From Alphaproteobacteria bacterium (GTDB lineage Bacteria > Pseudomonadota > Alphaproteobacteria > UBA828), in NCBI GenBank assembly GCA_963422645.2, contig CAXXVO010000017.1:96001-160000 (forward strand): 64,000 nt of DNA. Reading direction: 5' to 3'. How positions within the stretch are numbered: position 1 is the stretch's first letter; every line of letters starts with the position of its first letter. Both the position numbers and the translations under genes were made by a program. This document shows, one piece after another, positions 62,983-64,000 of the stretch. The notes under the pieces are model-generated. The model saw only the letters and a program-made list of their open reading frames with translations. It searched no databases and was not told where the DNA came from.

Positions 62983-63999
62983 CTACTCGAAGCCGCAGGC
63001 CGCCGCCGTCGTCCCGATCGAGGCCCAGCGGCCCTCCCGCTCGCCGAAGCAACCGTCGCGCCAGTCTCCCTCGAAGATGGTGCCGTCGGCTTGCGCGTAG
63101 GTGCCGTGGCCGTGTGGCCTGCCCTCGCGCCATCCACCCACGTAGCGCGCGCCGGTGGCTTGGGTGAGTGTCCCCTGCCCGTGCTGCTTCCCGTCGCGAA
63201 GCTCGCCCTCGTAGCGGAGGCCGTTGGCCCAGTCCAGAACCCCGCGTCCGTGCATCTTGCCGCCCTGCATGGCGCCGTCGTACACGCCCTCGCCGCTACG
63301 AAAAACCAGGCGCCCGCTGCCTGAGGCCTTGCCGTTCATGCAAGGGCCCGACCAGGTGAGCGGCTCGTAGTCCGTGTTGCCGTAGTTCCACACCTCGCAG
63401 GGCTGGTTCTCCGCGATCGACCAGCTCGAGCCTGAGGCCTGAGGAGAGGCTGACGCCTCGTCCGCCGATGGGGTCGACGCGCTTTCCGTCGCGCGCGGCA
63501 GCTGCTTCACCAATCTCAGGAGTGGACCGTAGATGTACGCCTCATCGCCGCTGCGCGGGTATTCCACCCGCAGCCAGTCTCGCCCCCGGACCTCGCCGGT
63601 CACGTGCAGCTCGTCGCCGGACCTCACCGTCCCCACGATGTCGTAGTCGGGGCTGGGGCCGGTCCTGACATTGGCCGCTTCTCTCGCCGACATCAGGCGA
63701 TTCACCGGCTTTACCCTGTGGCGTCCCCCCAGCGTGGTTTCCAGTGCGCCTTCATCTTCCTGCTCACCGGCAACGTCATCGACCGGGAGAGGATCTTCGG
63801 TCCCGCACTTGGAGCGCTCGAACGAGAAGTGCCCGACGCACGCGCGCGCCTGGTCTCGGAACTTGGGCAGACAGTCGGCGAACTCCTGGTTCTCGGCCTC
63901 GGTGGCGAACCGGTTGTTCTCCCAGCAGAGCGCGATCTTGCGGTCGATGGTGCCGAGGCACTGCGCCCGCTGGGCGGGGAGGTCGGTGTACGTGCCGCC
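62983..63999 (-). CDS. Cys-rich domain + SH3 + MORN-repeat protein (5' partial)
   Basis: frame open to window end; ANVRTGPS SH3 motif; YxGxxxxGxxHGxG repeats. Confidence 0.85.
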   Translation of the reverse strand, partial: GGTYTDLPAQRAQCLGTIDRKIALCWENNRFATEAENQEFADCLPKFRDQARACVGHFSFERSKCGTEDPLPVDDVAGEQEDEGALETTLGGRHRVKPVNRLMSAREAANVRTGPSPDYDIVGTVRSGDELHVTGEVRGRDWLRVEYPRSGDEAYIYGPLLRLVKQLPRATESASTPSADEASASPQASGSSWSIAENQPCEVWNYGNTDYEPLTWSGPCMNGKASGSGRLVFRSGEGVYDGAMQGGKMHGRGVLDWANGLRYEGELRDGKQHGQGTLTQATGARYVGGWREGRPHGHGTYAQADGTIFEGDWRDGCFGEREGRWASIGTTAAACGFE

Positions 64000-64000
64000 T

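Overview
High-GC alphaproteobacterial chromosome (Rhodospirillales-like gene set and order). Positions 1-40.6 kb are mostly core genes: tlpA/ccdA, merR-ihfA-fabH-plsX-rpmF-yceD, bamE, hppA, rpmJ, glcDEF, oxyR, zur-znuCB-hisI, uvrD, prpE, rsmD/rluB, bactofilin, nth and a biotin carboxylase. This part also holds one accessory signalling cassette (15.8-23.6 kb). Two near-identical IS66 copies sit at 8589-10476 and 40619-42506. Positions 42.5-60.7 kb are a decayed island of nested mobile elements (IS630, IS21, IS110, a truncated transposase, integrase and methyltransferase relics, a helicase/primase module), followed by dinB. Two observations stand out. (1) A SBP-permease fusion and a second permease of the polar amino acid ABC class have both lost the EAA ATPase-coupling loop. 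They have no ATPase gene and lie in one operon with a membrane HAMP-PP2C phosphatase, which suggests a transporter-derived sensor. (2) A 2.67 kb element with intact Mu-type ends (TG...CA, 5-bp target duplication, four 21-bp end sites) splits an IS630 gene. It carries only a portal fragment, a gpF-like gene and a QueC-like fragment in the position where Mu has mom. All family calls are motif recognition by eye; no searches were run.
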